A DNA stretch of 41,983 bases. Origin: Candidatus Nanoarchaeia archaeon. Its GTDB lineage: Archaea > Nanobdellota > Nanobdellia > Pacearchaeales > GW2011-AR1. The stretch covers positions 1 through 41,983 of the forward strand of contig DATEUW010000026.1 in the NCBI GenBank assembly GCA_035282925.1. Direction: 5' to 3'. A model generated the notes under the pieces. The model was given only the letters and a program-made list of their open reading frames with translations. It searched no databases and was not told the DNA's origin. The stretch's first letter is position 1, and the number at the start of each line of letters is the position of its first letter. Position numbers and translations under genes: made by a program. Below are positions 33,511 through 41,983 of the stretch, piece by piece.

Positions 33511-35094
33511 ATGGAAGAGTTATCAGAATTTTTAAAAGAGCAAAACGAGGAAGTAAAAAAACTAGCTAATGGTGCTGCCATTTCCTATTGGATAGCCTCG
33601 ATTTCTGGAAAAAAAGAAGATTACGAGACTTATGAAAAAAATGCAATTGCCATGCAAAGGTATTTTAACAATAAAGAAACCTTTGAAAAGGTCAAGCATT
33701 TCTTAAAAACTACTGAAGATCTCATTGAAAAAAGGCAGCTTGAAAATTTGTACAAAGAATACTTATCTTGCCAAGGAGATTTGAATTTAATAGAGAGAAT
33801 AACAAAGAAATCAACACAGATAGAGCAGATTTTTAATACATTTAGGGCGGATTTGGATGGAAAAGAGTTGACAGACAACGATATAAAGGAGATTCTCAAA
33901 AAAGAAACTGATTCTGAAAAACGTGAGAAAGTATGGAATTCAAGCAAAAAACAAGGAGAAGTTGTTGAAAAAGAATTGATCGAGCTGGTTGAGTTAAGAA
34001 ACGAGCTTGCAAGAAGCCTTGGATTTAAAAATTATTTTATAATGTCCCTTGAGCTATCAGAGCAAAAGGAAGAAGAAGTAGAGAAGATATTTCTTGAACT
34101 TGAAAAATCTACAGAAAAATCTTTTAAGGAAGCTAAAAGCGAAATAGATGAATCATTATCAAAAAGCTTTGGTTTGAATAAAAATGATCTTAGACCATGG
34201 CATTATCATGACTTATTCTTTCAGGAAACTCCAGAAATTTATGGGACTAACTTAAACAATTTTTATAATAAAGATGTCTTAGAGATTTCTAAAAAATTTT
34301 ACACAGAAATTGGCTTGGATGTGGGGGATATTTTGGATAAAAGCGATCTATATGAGAAACCAGGGAAGAACCAGCACGCTTACTGTATAAATATTGACAG
34401 GGAAGGAGATGTTAGAATACTAGAGAACTTGAAGAATAATGAATCTTGGATGGAGACAACTCTTCATGAATTAGGACATGCAGTTTATGACAAAAACTGT
34501 GATGAAAATCTTCCTTTTTTGTTGAGGGAAAATACACATATTTTTGTGACAGAATCAATAGCACTTTTTTTCGGGAGAAATTCAAAAAATATTGCATTCA
34601 TGAAAAGATATTGTGAGATAAGTGATGAGGAATCTAAGAAAATCAGTGAAATGTTAAGAAGGCAATTGAGATTGGATGAATTGGTTTTTTTGAAGTGGGC
34701 GCAAGTCATGTTTTATTTTGAAAGGGAGCTTTACAAAAATCCAAGACAAGACCTTAACAAAATTTGGTGGGATTTTGTGAAAAGATACCAGATGATCGAT
34801 TTCTACAGAGATAAACCAGATTGGGCTTCAAAAATACATTTTACAATCGCGCCGGTTTATTATCACAACTATCTTCTTGGGAAGATTCTCGCATCTCAGC
34901 TAGGTCATTACATTATCAAGAATATTTTAAAGGAAGATACAAAAAATCCAGATTATGCAGAAAAAAGAGTTGGACATTATCTAAAAGAAAAAATTTTCAT
35001 GCCTGGAAAAAAATATCGATGGGACAAACTCATAGAAAACGCAACAAAAGAGGAATTGAGCCCAAAATATTTCATAGAGGAGTTCTGCAATTAA
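33511..35094 (+). CDS. M2 (angiotensin-converting-enzyme-like) gluzincin metallopeptidase, no signal peptide
   Basis: GDVRILENLKNNESWMETTLHELGHAVYDKNCDENLPFLLRENTHIFVTESIA aligns with the ACE block [29 protein letters not shown]...LP..LR.GANPGFHEAIGD (HExxH plus a downstream Glu). The related M3/M32 families cannot be excluded without a search. Confidence 0.6.
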   Translation: MEELSEFLKEQNEEVKKLANGAAISYWIASISGKKEDYETYEKNAIAMQRYFNNKETFEKVKHFLKTTEDLIEKRQLENLYKEYLSCQGDLNLIERITKKSTQIEQIFNTFRADLDGKELTDNDIKEILKKETDSEKREKVWNSSKKQGEVVEKELIELVELRNELARSLGFKNYFIMSLELSEQKEEEVEKIFLELEKSTEKSFKEAKSEIDESLSKSFGLNKNDLRPWHYHDLFFQETPEIYGTNLNNFYNKDVLEISKKFYTEIGLDVGDILDKSDLYEKPGKNQHAYCINIDREGDVRILENLKNNESWMETTLHELGHAVYDKNCDENLPFLLRENTHIFVTESIALFFGRNSKNIAFMKRYCEISDEESKKISEMLRRQLRLDELVFLKWAQVMFYFERELYKNPRQDLNKIWWDFVKRYQMIDFYRDKPDWASKIHFTIAPVYYHNYLLGKILASQLGHYIIKNILKEDTKNPDYAEKRVGHYLKEKIFMPGKKYRWDKLIENATKEELSPKYFIEEFCN

Positions 35095-35097
35095 AAT

Positions 35098-37158
35098 TTA
35101 AATTAGCTTCTCTTCAATCATTTTTGAAACCCCGTGCTCTTTCCTGAACCTTATCACGTTCTCGACAAAGTTTTCTATTTTGGGTTCGTGGCTCACAATT
35201 ATCAGCTGCTTGACCTCCAGCTGACGCAAAACATCCCTCATTTTGTCGAGCTGCTGCTCTGAAAATCCGTCTGTCGGCTCGTCGAGAATTACTATATCGC
35301 GGGTTTTTATCCTGCTGAGAAGAGAGTTGACCACCTGGTTTAGTGAGAGGCGGTAAGCAAGAGCTATTGCTGTACGCTCACCTCCTGAAAGATAGGCGTA
35401 ATCTATCTCATAATCCTGATGGTGTATTATAGGGGTGAATTCCTCGTCAAGAGCAACATCAAAAACATCTGAGACCAGCATTGAAAACCATTCGGCAAAA
35501 AGACTTGAGAACTGGGATTTCAGCCTCACCATCACGTTTTTTTCTGTGAAGGAAATCATCGAAATAAAATTCCCGGAAATCCATTCCTCCAGTTTTGTTA
35601 TGTTTTCCAGCTTTTCCCTTATCTCCTCTGTCTTCTTTATCCTTATCCTGAGCTCTTCTATGTGCCTGGAAAAAACTTCTATTTCTTTTTTCAGTTCAGC
35701 CACTTTTATCTCCGCCATCCTTTCCTGCTTCAGGGCCTCTTTAAGATCCTTCTCTTTCATTTCCAGGACGCTTTCAAATTTTTTGAGCTCGAAAATGCTT
35801 TTTGTAAGGGCTTCGATATGCTGGCTTAGAAGGGTTATGTCTTTCTTTAAGAGTTCACTGGATTTTTCTGTCTCCCGCAATCTTACTCTTTTTGCATCTA
35901 TTTCCTGGGATTTCATCTTTTGGAGCCTAAGGTCTGAGAGCTCTTTTTCCTTGGCAGAAAGCCAGTTTTCAATCTCAAGGATATTTTCCAGGACTTTCCT
36001 TTTTTCAAGAGTCAGAGCCTCTATTTTTTTCAGGTTTTCAGAAGTCTCAGAATCCAGCTTGTTTATCACGTTGCTCTTATAGACAGGGCCGACGTTTTGG
36101 AGGCAGGTTGGGCATATCTCTATGTGCCTCAGTTTTTCTTTCAGGGATTTGTTATCCTGGTTCTTGAGGTTCATGGAATTTATCTGGGAACTGACTTTCA
36201 GATTTTCCTCGTCTATCTCTGCTTTTTCTTTTTTTCTGAATTTTATCTGCTGCTCCATCTCCTTAATTTTTGTTTCATCGAATTCCAGGCTCTCCAGCTC
36301 TTTTATCTGGGCCTGCAGCTGCCCTGAATTCTTCTCATTGCCGAAGAGGGTTTCCTTCTTATTGGAAACGATGATCTTTGTTTTTTCTATTTCCTGCTGC
36401 AGCTTATTTTTTTCCTCTATCTTCAGGAAAACCGCAGCCCTTTCTTCCTGGCGGCGCTTCATTTCCTCTGCCCTCAGAAAAAGCTCTTTCTCCACAGAAA
36501 CCAGGTTGTGGTGTTTGGCTTCCAGCTCCTCTTCCCTTGAAATAAGAATTGCGCGGTCTTCTTCGAGATTTTCTATCTGACCTTCTTTCAACCTTTTTTC
36601 CTCGCGCATCCTTGAGGCGATTATTTCCGCATTCTCTATCACTGTCTTGTACCTGTCTATTCCAAAGACGTGCCTCAGCGCATTGATTCTCGTTTCAGGA
36701 TCCTCAAGGATGATCTGCTTCATCTCTTCCTGCGGTGTGTAGACTGTGAATTTGTAAAGGATGTTCTGTTTCTTTGAGAATTCCTTGGGATAGCTGAGAA
36801 TTTCCAAAACCCTGTCTTTCAGCTCTGTGACAGACATCTCTTTTTTTTCTCCGGCAATTGTTATTGAGCAATAATCCTGGGAAATTGTTTTCCCCTTTTT
36901 CATTTTTCTTTCAATTATCACCTCTCTGCCGTCTATATCCAGATAAAGAACAACGCCGCCCTCGCTCGTTCCGTTTCGCAGCAGGGAGCCTCCTCTCTGT
37001 CCCGGCTGCAGGCCAAAAAGAGCAAATTCTATCCCGAGAAGTATGGAAGTTTTTCCCGAGCCTATGTCTCCTGAGAGAAGCGTGGATCCCTCTGGGAAAT
37101 TTATCTCCTGACTTTCATAGCTTCTGATGTTATTCAGGGTTATCTTTTTGAGCCTCAT
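35098..37158 (-). CDS. rad50: Rad50 ATPase (short, 686 aa) with a CxxC zinc hook
   Basis: Walker A GDIGSGKTS, long coiled coil with the hook EICPTCLQ, signature YLSGGERTAIALAYRLSL, Walker B IVILDEPTDGF, H-loop IIVSHE. It starts 2 nt after the mre11 stop. Confidence 0.9.
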   Translation of the reverse strand: MRLKKITLNNIRSYESQEINFPEGSTLLSGDIGSGKTSILLGIEFALFGLQPGQRGGSLLRNGTSEGGVVLYLDIDGREVIIERKMKKGKTISQDYCSITIAGEKKEMSVTELKDRVLEILSYPKEFSKKQNILYKFTVYTPQEEMKQIILEDPETRINALRHVFGIDRYKTVIENAEIIASRMREEKRLKEGQIENLEEDRAILISREEELEAKHHNLVSVEKELFLRAEEMKRRQEERAAVFLKIEEKNKLQQEIEKTKIIVSNKKETLFGNEKNSGQLQAQIKELESLEFDETKIKEMEQQIKFRKKEKAEIDEENLKVSSQINSMNLKNQDNKSLKEKLRHIEICPTCLQNVGPVYKSNVINKLDSETSENLKKIEALTLEKRKVLENILEIENWLSAKEKELSDLRLQKMKSQEIDAKRVRLRETEKSSELLKKDITLLSQHIEALTKSIFELKKFESVLEMKEKDLKEALKQERMAEIKVAELKKEIEVFSRHIEELRIRIKKTEEIREKLENITKLEEWISGNFISMISFTEKNVMVRLKSQFSSLFAEWFSMLVSDVFDVALDEEFTPIIHHQDYEIDYAYLSGGERTAIALAYRLSLNQVVNSLLSRIKTRDIVILDEPTDGFSEQQLDKMRDVLRQLEVKQLIIVSHEPKIENFVENVIRFRKEHGVSKMIEEKLI

Positions 37159-37160
37159 AG

Positions 37161-38324
37161 CTACCAGCCAACAAAAATTTTTTTAGTTTCATCCAAAAGC
37201 CTCGAGGTAAATGTTTCTGTTGTCTCTCCGTCCTGTTTCTCTGTGGACAGGGCGTTCATTATCTGAGGAATGAGCTTGTTGTATGCCGAGGGATTTTGTG
37301 CAGAGAAAGATTTTATGGATTCCTCCTCTATATTTTCTGTTTCCTGGATTTCAATCTCAAGCCCTGTTTCCTTCGTCTTCAGGTCATGGGTGTTTCGCAG
37401 CAGAAAATAAGCTCCTTTTTTTGCAGCCAGCGCCTCTATCTGGGAAAATTTTATGTCTGAGTGTTTTCCGCTTTCCAGAATTCCGCGGATCCTCAGAAGA
37501 ACGACCTTGTCTTTCAGGTCTTTTTTTTCAAGTTCGCCGAGGATTTGTTCTGTTGCCCTCAGGGAGTTTTTCACCTCTATATCGAAAGAGACCACATCCC
37601 TTATCTTCAGATCTATTCTTTTCAACGGTTTTTCAAGCCCTGTGTCCACGATGTAGAATCTTCCGTGGTGCAGATCTTCCAGCTCCTGAAAATTATTCGG
37701 GAAAACAGGGCCGGGATAGACAAAATTTTCATACTGAAAATCTATGTGCAGGTGTCCGAGCGCATAATAATCTGCCTTGGGGATTTTGGAGGTTTCAAGG
37801 GCATCTATGGGCAAATCTCCGCGGGCTTTGTCTATCGTTGTGTGAAGCATGAAAATCTTGAACATGCCAGGAGTTTCGTTAAATTGAACACGCCGCAAAT
37901 CTTCAATCTCCATGCTTGAAGTTTTTCCGGGATATCCGTAAATTGCGACTCCTTTATGAATCGTGGGCTGCAGCATTATTTTTCCGTTTTTATCCTCAAA
38001 TACAGCGACATTCTTGCAAAAGCCTGCCTTCTCCAGGACATCGAGGAAGGTTTTTCCTGAAACAGAATAGTCGTGGCTTCCCGCAATCAGAAAGCAAGGG
38101 ATTCCTGCTTCCTTCAGTTTCCTGAATTCCGCAAAAGTCTCCTTAAGAACATCTATTGGAGGAAAAGCTGCGTCGAACAAATCGCCTGCGATAACTGCAA
38201 ATTCTACTTTCTCGCGGATGCAGGTTTCAACAACCTTTTTGAAGGATTCGAGATTCAGGTCCTGCAGCGGCTGTTGCTTCCAGCCACCGAGATGCACGTC
38301 AGCTATATGAGCAAACTTTACCAT
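37161..38324 (-). CDS. mre11: Mre11 nuclease (calcineurin-like phosphoesterase)
   Basis: MVKFAHIADVHLGG (motif I), IAGDLFD (II), AGSHD (III), MLHT, and GHLH. It lies directly upstream of rad50. Confidence 0.9.
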   Translation of the reverse strand: MVKFAHIADVHLGGWKQQPLQDLNLESFKKVVETCIREKVEFAVIAGDLFDAAFPPIDVLKETFAEFRKLKEAGIPCFLIAGSHDYSVSGKTFLDVLEKAGFCKNVAVFEDKNGKIMLQPTIHKGVAIYGYPGKTSSMEIEDLRRVQFNETPGMFKIFMLHTTIDKARGDLPIDALETSKIPKADYYALGHLHIDFQYENFVYPGPVFPNNFQELEDLHHGRFYIVDTGLEKPLKRIDLKIRDVVSFDIEVKNSLRATEQILGELEKKDLKDKVVLLRIRGILESGKHSDIKFSQIEALAAKKGAYFLLRNTHDLKTKETGLEIEIQETENIEEESIKSFSAQNPSAYNKLIPQIMNALSTEKQDGETTETFTSRLLDETKKIFVGW

Positions 38325-38377
38325 TTTATTGTTTGATCTCCGCGAATAAAATTCGCGTCATGAGCAAATTTCACCAT
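38305..38377 (-). repeat. Duplicated mre11 start segment that forms a 19-codon upstream ORF overlapping the mre11 ATG; contains a 7-bp hairpin
   Basis: On the minus strand, ATGGTAAAGTTTGCTCAT (38324-38307) and ATGGTGAAATTTGCTCAT (38377-38360) both encode MVKFAH. The upstream copy reads MVKFAHDANFIRGDQTIKW* (38377-38318). CGCGAAT-AAA-ATTCGCG lies at 38341-38357. Confidence 0.8.
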
Positions 38378-38495
38378 TTTTTATTAAATCTACAGCATAC
38401 AAGAACTATATAAAATTGATTGTGGTTAAGTCATCAATTTTACATCAGCTTGGAATTTATTTTGATTTTTATCATTATATTTTATTTGTCAGGAT

Positions 38496-38882
38496 TTAAT
38501 ATCGCTGTAAAATACCTAAAATACTGCTGAAAAAGCCGGAGAGCTCGTCCTTGAAGAGAATCACGGCAGCCAGAATTCCCAGTAAAAGAAGGAGAAGGGA
38601 GAAGAGCACGATTGTTATTGTCGCTGTTGTCCTGCTTGGGGGCTTTCCGTAATCTGAAACCCTCTGGGCAGCTGATATCGGAGCTGGTTGTGCGAAGGGA
38701 ATTTTCTGCATCGGTTGCTGAAATTGCTGCTGAAAGATGTTGGGCGCCTGCAAAACACGGGCAGCCTCTTCGATGTCTCCTTTTGAATAACCTGCATTAA
38801 AAAAACTGGCGGTCGCCTTTTCCAGGGGCTCTCCTTTGGAAACAGCCTGCCTCAATCCCTCGACAATCTCCTCTTTTGCCAT
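38496..38882 (-). CDS. Tail-anchored small membrane protein with an N-terminal helical domain and a Gln/Pro-rich linker
   Basis: MAKEEIVEGLRQAVSKGEPLEKATASFFNAGYSKGDIEEAARVLQ, then the QQQFQQPMQKIPFAQPAP linker, then the TM helix TITIVLFSLLLLLLGILAAVILF. Confidence 0.55.
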   Translation of the reverse strand: MAKEEIVEGLRQAVSKGEPLEKATASFFNAGYSKGDIEEAARVLQAPNIFQQQFQQPMQKIPFAQPAPISAAQRVSDYGKPPSRTTATITIVLFSLLLLLLGILAAVILFKDELSGFFSSILGILQRY

Positions 38883-38944
38883 GTTGGATAAAAGGAGTTT
38901 TGGTTTAAAAATGTTGTATATCTTTGTTAGATAAGAAAATAGTT

Positions 38945-39364
38945 TTATTGCTCTATTTCTTTTAATAATTTCCTAACTCTTTTCTTTATCCAGTCTCTGG
39001 TTTTTATATGAAAATCATAATCTGTATCTTTTGCATCTTGTAAATTCCAGTAAATTACCTTATCGCTTTTTTTTAAATAATCCGGCCAATCTTTTTTATC
39101 TGTAATAATAACAACTTTATTGGCTTCCTCAACCATTTTTGGAGTTAATTGTTTTCTTTTGTTTTTTCTAACATCAATCCCCTCTTCATTCATTACCTCA
39201 CATACAAAATTAGCTGTTTCTTTTTCCCCTATGGTATGGCCTTCTTTTTCTTCAACATGTGTTCCGGCACTTTTTGCCTTATGATTTTTTGAATATTTAT
39301 TAAATAAAGCTTCAGCCATTTGACTTCTGCCTACATTAGCTCTGCAAATAAAAAGTACTTTCAT
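38945..39364 (-). CDS. Low-molecular-weight phosphotyrosine phosphatase / ArsC-type arsenate reductase family protein (second paralogue)
   Basis: MKVLFICRANVGRSQMAEALF has the C-X5-R-S loop (CRANVGRS). At 139 aa it has the same architecture as the 13184-13618 product. Confidence 0.75.
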   Translation of the reverse strand: MKVLFICRANVGRSQMAEALFNKYSKNHKAKSAGTHVEEKEGHTIGEKETANFVCEVMNEEGIDVRKNKRKQLTPKMVEEANKVVIITDKKDWPDYLKKSDKVIYWNLQDAKDTDYDFHIKTRDWIKKRVRKLLKEIEQ

Positions 39365-39374
39365 TATAATTCAA

Positions 39375-40727
39375 TCAAAACTTCAGAACTTTTCCATTGG
39401 GGGATAAATGGGAAGTTTCGCCGAATTTATATCCAAGCTCTTTTGCAAGTTCAATCAAAGGAGTTTCCAGCTGAAGGGTTCCATGAGCTGGAATGACGTG
39501 TTTTGGTCTTAACATTTCTATCAAATCCCTCATGTCCTCTCTTCCTGCATGGCCAGAGACATGAACGTCTGTCTGGATTCTTACTCCTTTCCTCATTAAT
39601 TTTCTGTCCATTTTTTCTCTTGCATATATATTTACTTCTGCCGGAATTACGCTTGAGGAAAAGAGAACATTATCATCTGGCCTAAACTTGAAAGGCGTCT
39701 CATCATTCACAACCCTATCAAGTACAGAACCCGGTTCTGCCTGGTGTCCTGTACAAACAATCAAATATCTTCCTCTTTCTTTATCTAACTTTTTAAGAAA
39801 GCCATCAACCTGTCTTCTGTACTTAAGCATCATTATATCCTTTTTGAATGGGCATTCATTTACTTTTATTGCACAGTTTACATACTTATTAAGGCTTCTT
39901 CCAAGAAATACTATCCGCCTGCCTGTTCTTTTCCCGAAGTCCACTATGCTCTTCAGCCTTGCGATATGTGAGGAGAAAGTTGCAATAAAAATTGCGGAGT
40001 CTGTTTTTCTTATTCTTGAAAAGGCATCTTCAACCATGTTTCTTGCTATTCTTTCACTGGGAGTTCTTCTTTCTGATCCGGAATATAAGGCTTCTATTAC
40101 GAGGACTTTCACACCTTTTCTCCCTATTTCCCTAAGTCTTTTGTAATCTGTAACCGGCTCCATTACAGGATAATTATCAAATTTGTAATCTAAAGCATAG
40201 AAGAATGTTCCCTCGCTTGAATGCAGGGCACAAAGCACGCACTGGAGTGTTGAATGAGTGACATGAATGAATTCAAGGGTATATTCCTGGCTTGAGCCAT
40301 TTATTTTCATCGAAGAGTTTCCTCTGAGAATAGTTTGCTTGTTTTTAGAAATTAATTTGTTATCTTCCAGAAGAGTATTGAAAAATGCCATCGTAAAGGG
40401 CGTTGCAATTATCTGTGCCTGGGGATATCTGTGTGTTATGTATGGAAGGCCTCCGATATGGTCAAAATGGGCGTGGCCGATAATTATTGCCCTGACTTTA
40501 TCTCTCCATCCAAGTTTATCCAAAACAAGATCATCTGCGATAGCCCCTATTTTCCTCAGTTTTTGTTCGGTATAAGATTGACCCGGAACTTGCGGTTCTG
40601 TTTCCTGTATTTCTATTACAGGGGGAAGATACATTCCAGCATCAAAGATAAACACATCGTTTCCGATTTTTACAGCAGTCATGTTTCTTCCTACTTCCTC
40701 AAATCCTCCGACTGTACAAACTTCCAT
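39375..40727 (-). CDS. rnj: Archaeal RNase J-like beta-CASP metallo-beta-lactamase ribonuclease
   Basis: The N-terminus VGGFEEVGRNMTAVKIGNDVFIFDAGM is RNase J-like (GG.EEIG.NM). MBL motif IIGHAHFDHIGG. C-terminal DVHVSGHAGRED. No KH domains. The aCPSF2 alternative is not excluded. Confidence 0.7.
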   Translation of the reverse strand: MEVCTVGGFEEVGRNMTAVKIGNDVFIFDAGMYLPPVIEIQETEPQVPGQSYTEQKLRKIGAIADDLVLDKLGWRDKVRAIIIGHAHFDHIGGLPYITHRYPQAQIIATPFTMAFFNTLLEDNKLISKNKQTILRGNSSMKINGSSQEYTLEFIHVTHSTLQCVLCALHSSEGTFFYALDYKFDNYPVMEPVTDYKRLREIGRKGVKVLVIEALYSGSERRTPSERIARNMVEDAFSRIRKTDSAIFIATFSSHIARLKSIVDFGKRTGRRIVFLGRSLNKYVNCAIKVNECPFKKDIMMLKYRRQVDGFLKKLDKERGRYLIVCTGHQAEPGSVLDRVVNDETPFKFRPDDNVLFSSSVIPAEVNIYAREKMDRKLMRKGVRIQTDVHVSGHAGREDMRDLIEMLRPKHVIPAHGTLQLETPLIELAKELGYKFGETSHLSPNGKVLKF

Positions 40728-40825
40728 TTTCGAAAAATGGAAGTTAAGATAGTTTAAAAATGTTTAATGGGAGTAAAATTCTAAATTACCATAATCTTTT
40801 TAAAAGAAGATTATAATGTCAGTAA

Positions 40826-41974
40826 ATGGATAATAGAGCAGAACAATTAGCAGATTTGGTATTAGATTATTCTATAAAAATTGCAGAAAGAGATAGGTTA
40901 ATAGTTCAGTTTGATCCAAAGTATGGCCATTATGCCGGACTTCTCGGAAGAAAAGCAAGAGAAAAAGGTGCTGAAGTAAGATATGACTCAATGACTTTTG
41001 ATCCTGTAACACTTAGAGGACTTGTTGAAAGAAGCGACCCAAAAGAGCTGGGAGAAGAATTGGAGAGAAGAAAAGACTTAGCATCCTGGTGCAACACAAG
41101 AATATATATTCGTTGTGTTAGCAATCCTGATTACGCTGCGGGAATTGAAGATGCCGAAGCAAAAGTGGCAAATTTCGATAAAGCAGTCATAGCACCATAT
41201 AAAAAAGTTCTTTATCGTCCAGGTCCGCATAGCAGTTATGAAGTCAGATGGAACATTGTCGGATTTCCATGCGAAGAGGATGCAGAAACAGCAGGCATGA
41301 GTCCTGAGGATTATACAGATTTTGTTTATTCTGCCACAATAGGCAATGACTGGACTAATGTTGGTGAAAGCATGAAAAGACTTAAAAATATATTTGATGG
41401 AGCAAAAGATGTTCGTTTGCTTGTTCCGGGATTAACTGATTTGCGCCTGAGCTTGGAGGGGAGAGGCGGAGAAATTTGTGATGGAAAACACAACATGCCT
41501 GATGGAGAATTTTTTTACGGACCTGTAGAGGACTCTGTAAATGGCCATGTTTATTTCCAAATACCTTCAAAAAGAGAGGGCTTTGGTGTTTTGGAAGGAA
41601 TCAGGCTGGAATTCCGAAATGGTGCTGTTTCTGGATTTTCAGCAAGAAAAAACCAAAGAGGCCTACAAGAAACTTTGATGCTACGGGGAGCAAGGAGATT
41701 GGGAGAGTTTGGCATTGGGTGCAATTATGGAATCAAAAGAGCTATTCTTGAAACTCTCTTTGATGAAAAAATAGGCGGGACAATTCACCTGGCATTGGGC
41801 CAGAGTTTTGATACGCATCCATTAAGCAGCGGGGGCGGTTTTAACAAATCAGACATACATTGGGATTTAGTTTGTGATTTAAGAAAAGATGAAAAAAATT
41901 TATCAGAATTCCCTGGAGGAGAAATTTATGTAGATGGAAAGCTGGTTCAAAGGAACGGTATTTGGCTGATTTAA
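40826..41974 (+). CDS. M29 family aminopeptidase (AmpS/PepS/aminopeptidase T-like)
   Basis: The N-terminus AEQLADLVLDYSIKIAERDRLIV...GRKAREKGAEV and the C-terminal EKIGGTIHLALGQSF...HWDLV are typical of thermophilic-metalloprotease M29 enzymes. Confidence 0.75.
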   Translation: MDNRAEQLADLVLDYSIKIAERDRLIVQFDPKYGHYAGLLGRKAREKGAEVRYDSMTFDPVTLRGLVERSDPKELGEELERRKDLASWCNTRIYIRCVSNPDYAAGIEDAEAKVANFDKAVIAPYKKVLYRPGPHSSYEVRWNIVGFPCEEDAETAGMSPEDYTDFVYSATIGNDWTNVGESMKRLKNIFDGAKDVRLLVPGLTDLRLSLEGRGGEICDGKHNMPDGEFFYGPVEDSVNGHVYFQIPSKREGFGVLEGIRLEFRNGAVSGFSARKNQRGLQETLMLRGARRLGEFGIGCNYGIKRAILETLFDEKIGGTIHLALGQSFDTHPLSSGGGFNKSDIHWDLVCDLRKDEKNLSEFPGGEIYVDGKLVQRNGIWLI

Positions 41975-41983
41975 TGATACATA

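Noticed and set aside
38945-39364. The second LMW-PTP/ArsC-like gene as part of an arsenic-resistance (ars) operon.
   Set aside because: No arsB/acr3, arsR or arsA genes are adjacent. The neighbours are RNase J and a small membrane protein, so the functional context is undetermined.

Overview
AT-rich (by eye about 35-40% GC), very gene-dense archaeal fragment with about 43 CDS, spacers mostly under 150 nt, and several 1-4 nt gene overlaps. Archaeal hallmarks: aCPSF1 (KH + beta-CASP), class I CCA-adding enzyme, proteasome beta subunit, Mre11-Rad50, RtcB, a TrmB regulator, a presenilin-type protease, Pilin_N-type prepilins, and TATA-like boxes about 25-29 nt before ATGs (leaderless mRNAs). The compact genes, a membrane-anchored SNase-LTD nuclease and cysteine-rich surface proteins suggest a DPANN-type (Woese-/Pacearchaeota-like) episymbiont; this is inference. 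Gene order: argS (partial), tRNA-Leu(UAA), secreted nuclease, DEAD-box helicase, putative SRP (7S) RNA. Then a two-operon type IV filament locus (4.3-14.8 kb), rtcB, and a 7.4-kb island of three large surface proteins (16.5-23.9 kb). Then a GTPase/DUF2073-like/Zn-ribbon trio, cca, a TrmB/AlaE-like/FHA operon, a presenilin homologue, aCPSF1, psmB, an ACE-like peptidase, rad50-mre11, a second LMW phosphatase, RNase J and an M29 aminopeptidase. The best candidate for an undescribed system is the Epd/Tad-like pilus locus. It has seven prepilin-like genes, one fused to a roughly 30-Cys disulfide-rich module, a platform protein split into two genes with a coiled-coil extension, and a translationally coupled LMW phosphatase. 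The neighbouring surface-protein island may belong with it. No CRISPR array, transposase, integrase or reverse transcriptase was seen. All calls come from reading the sequence and the ORF track. No searches or folding were run, and RNA boundaries are approximate.
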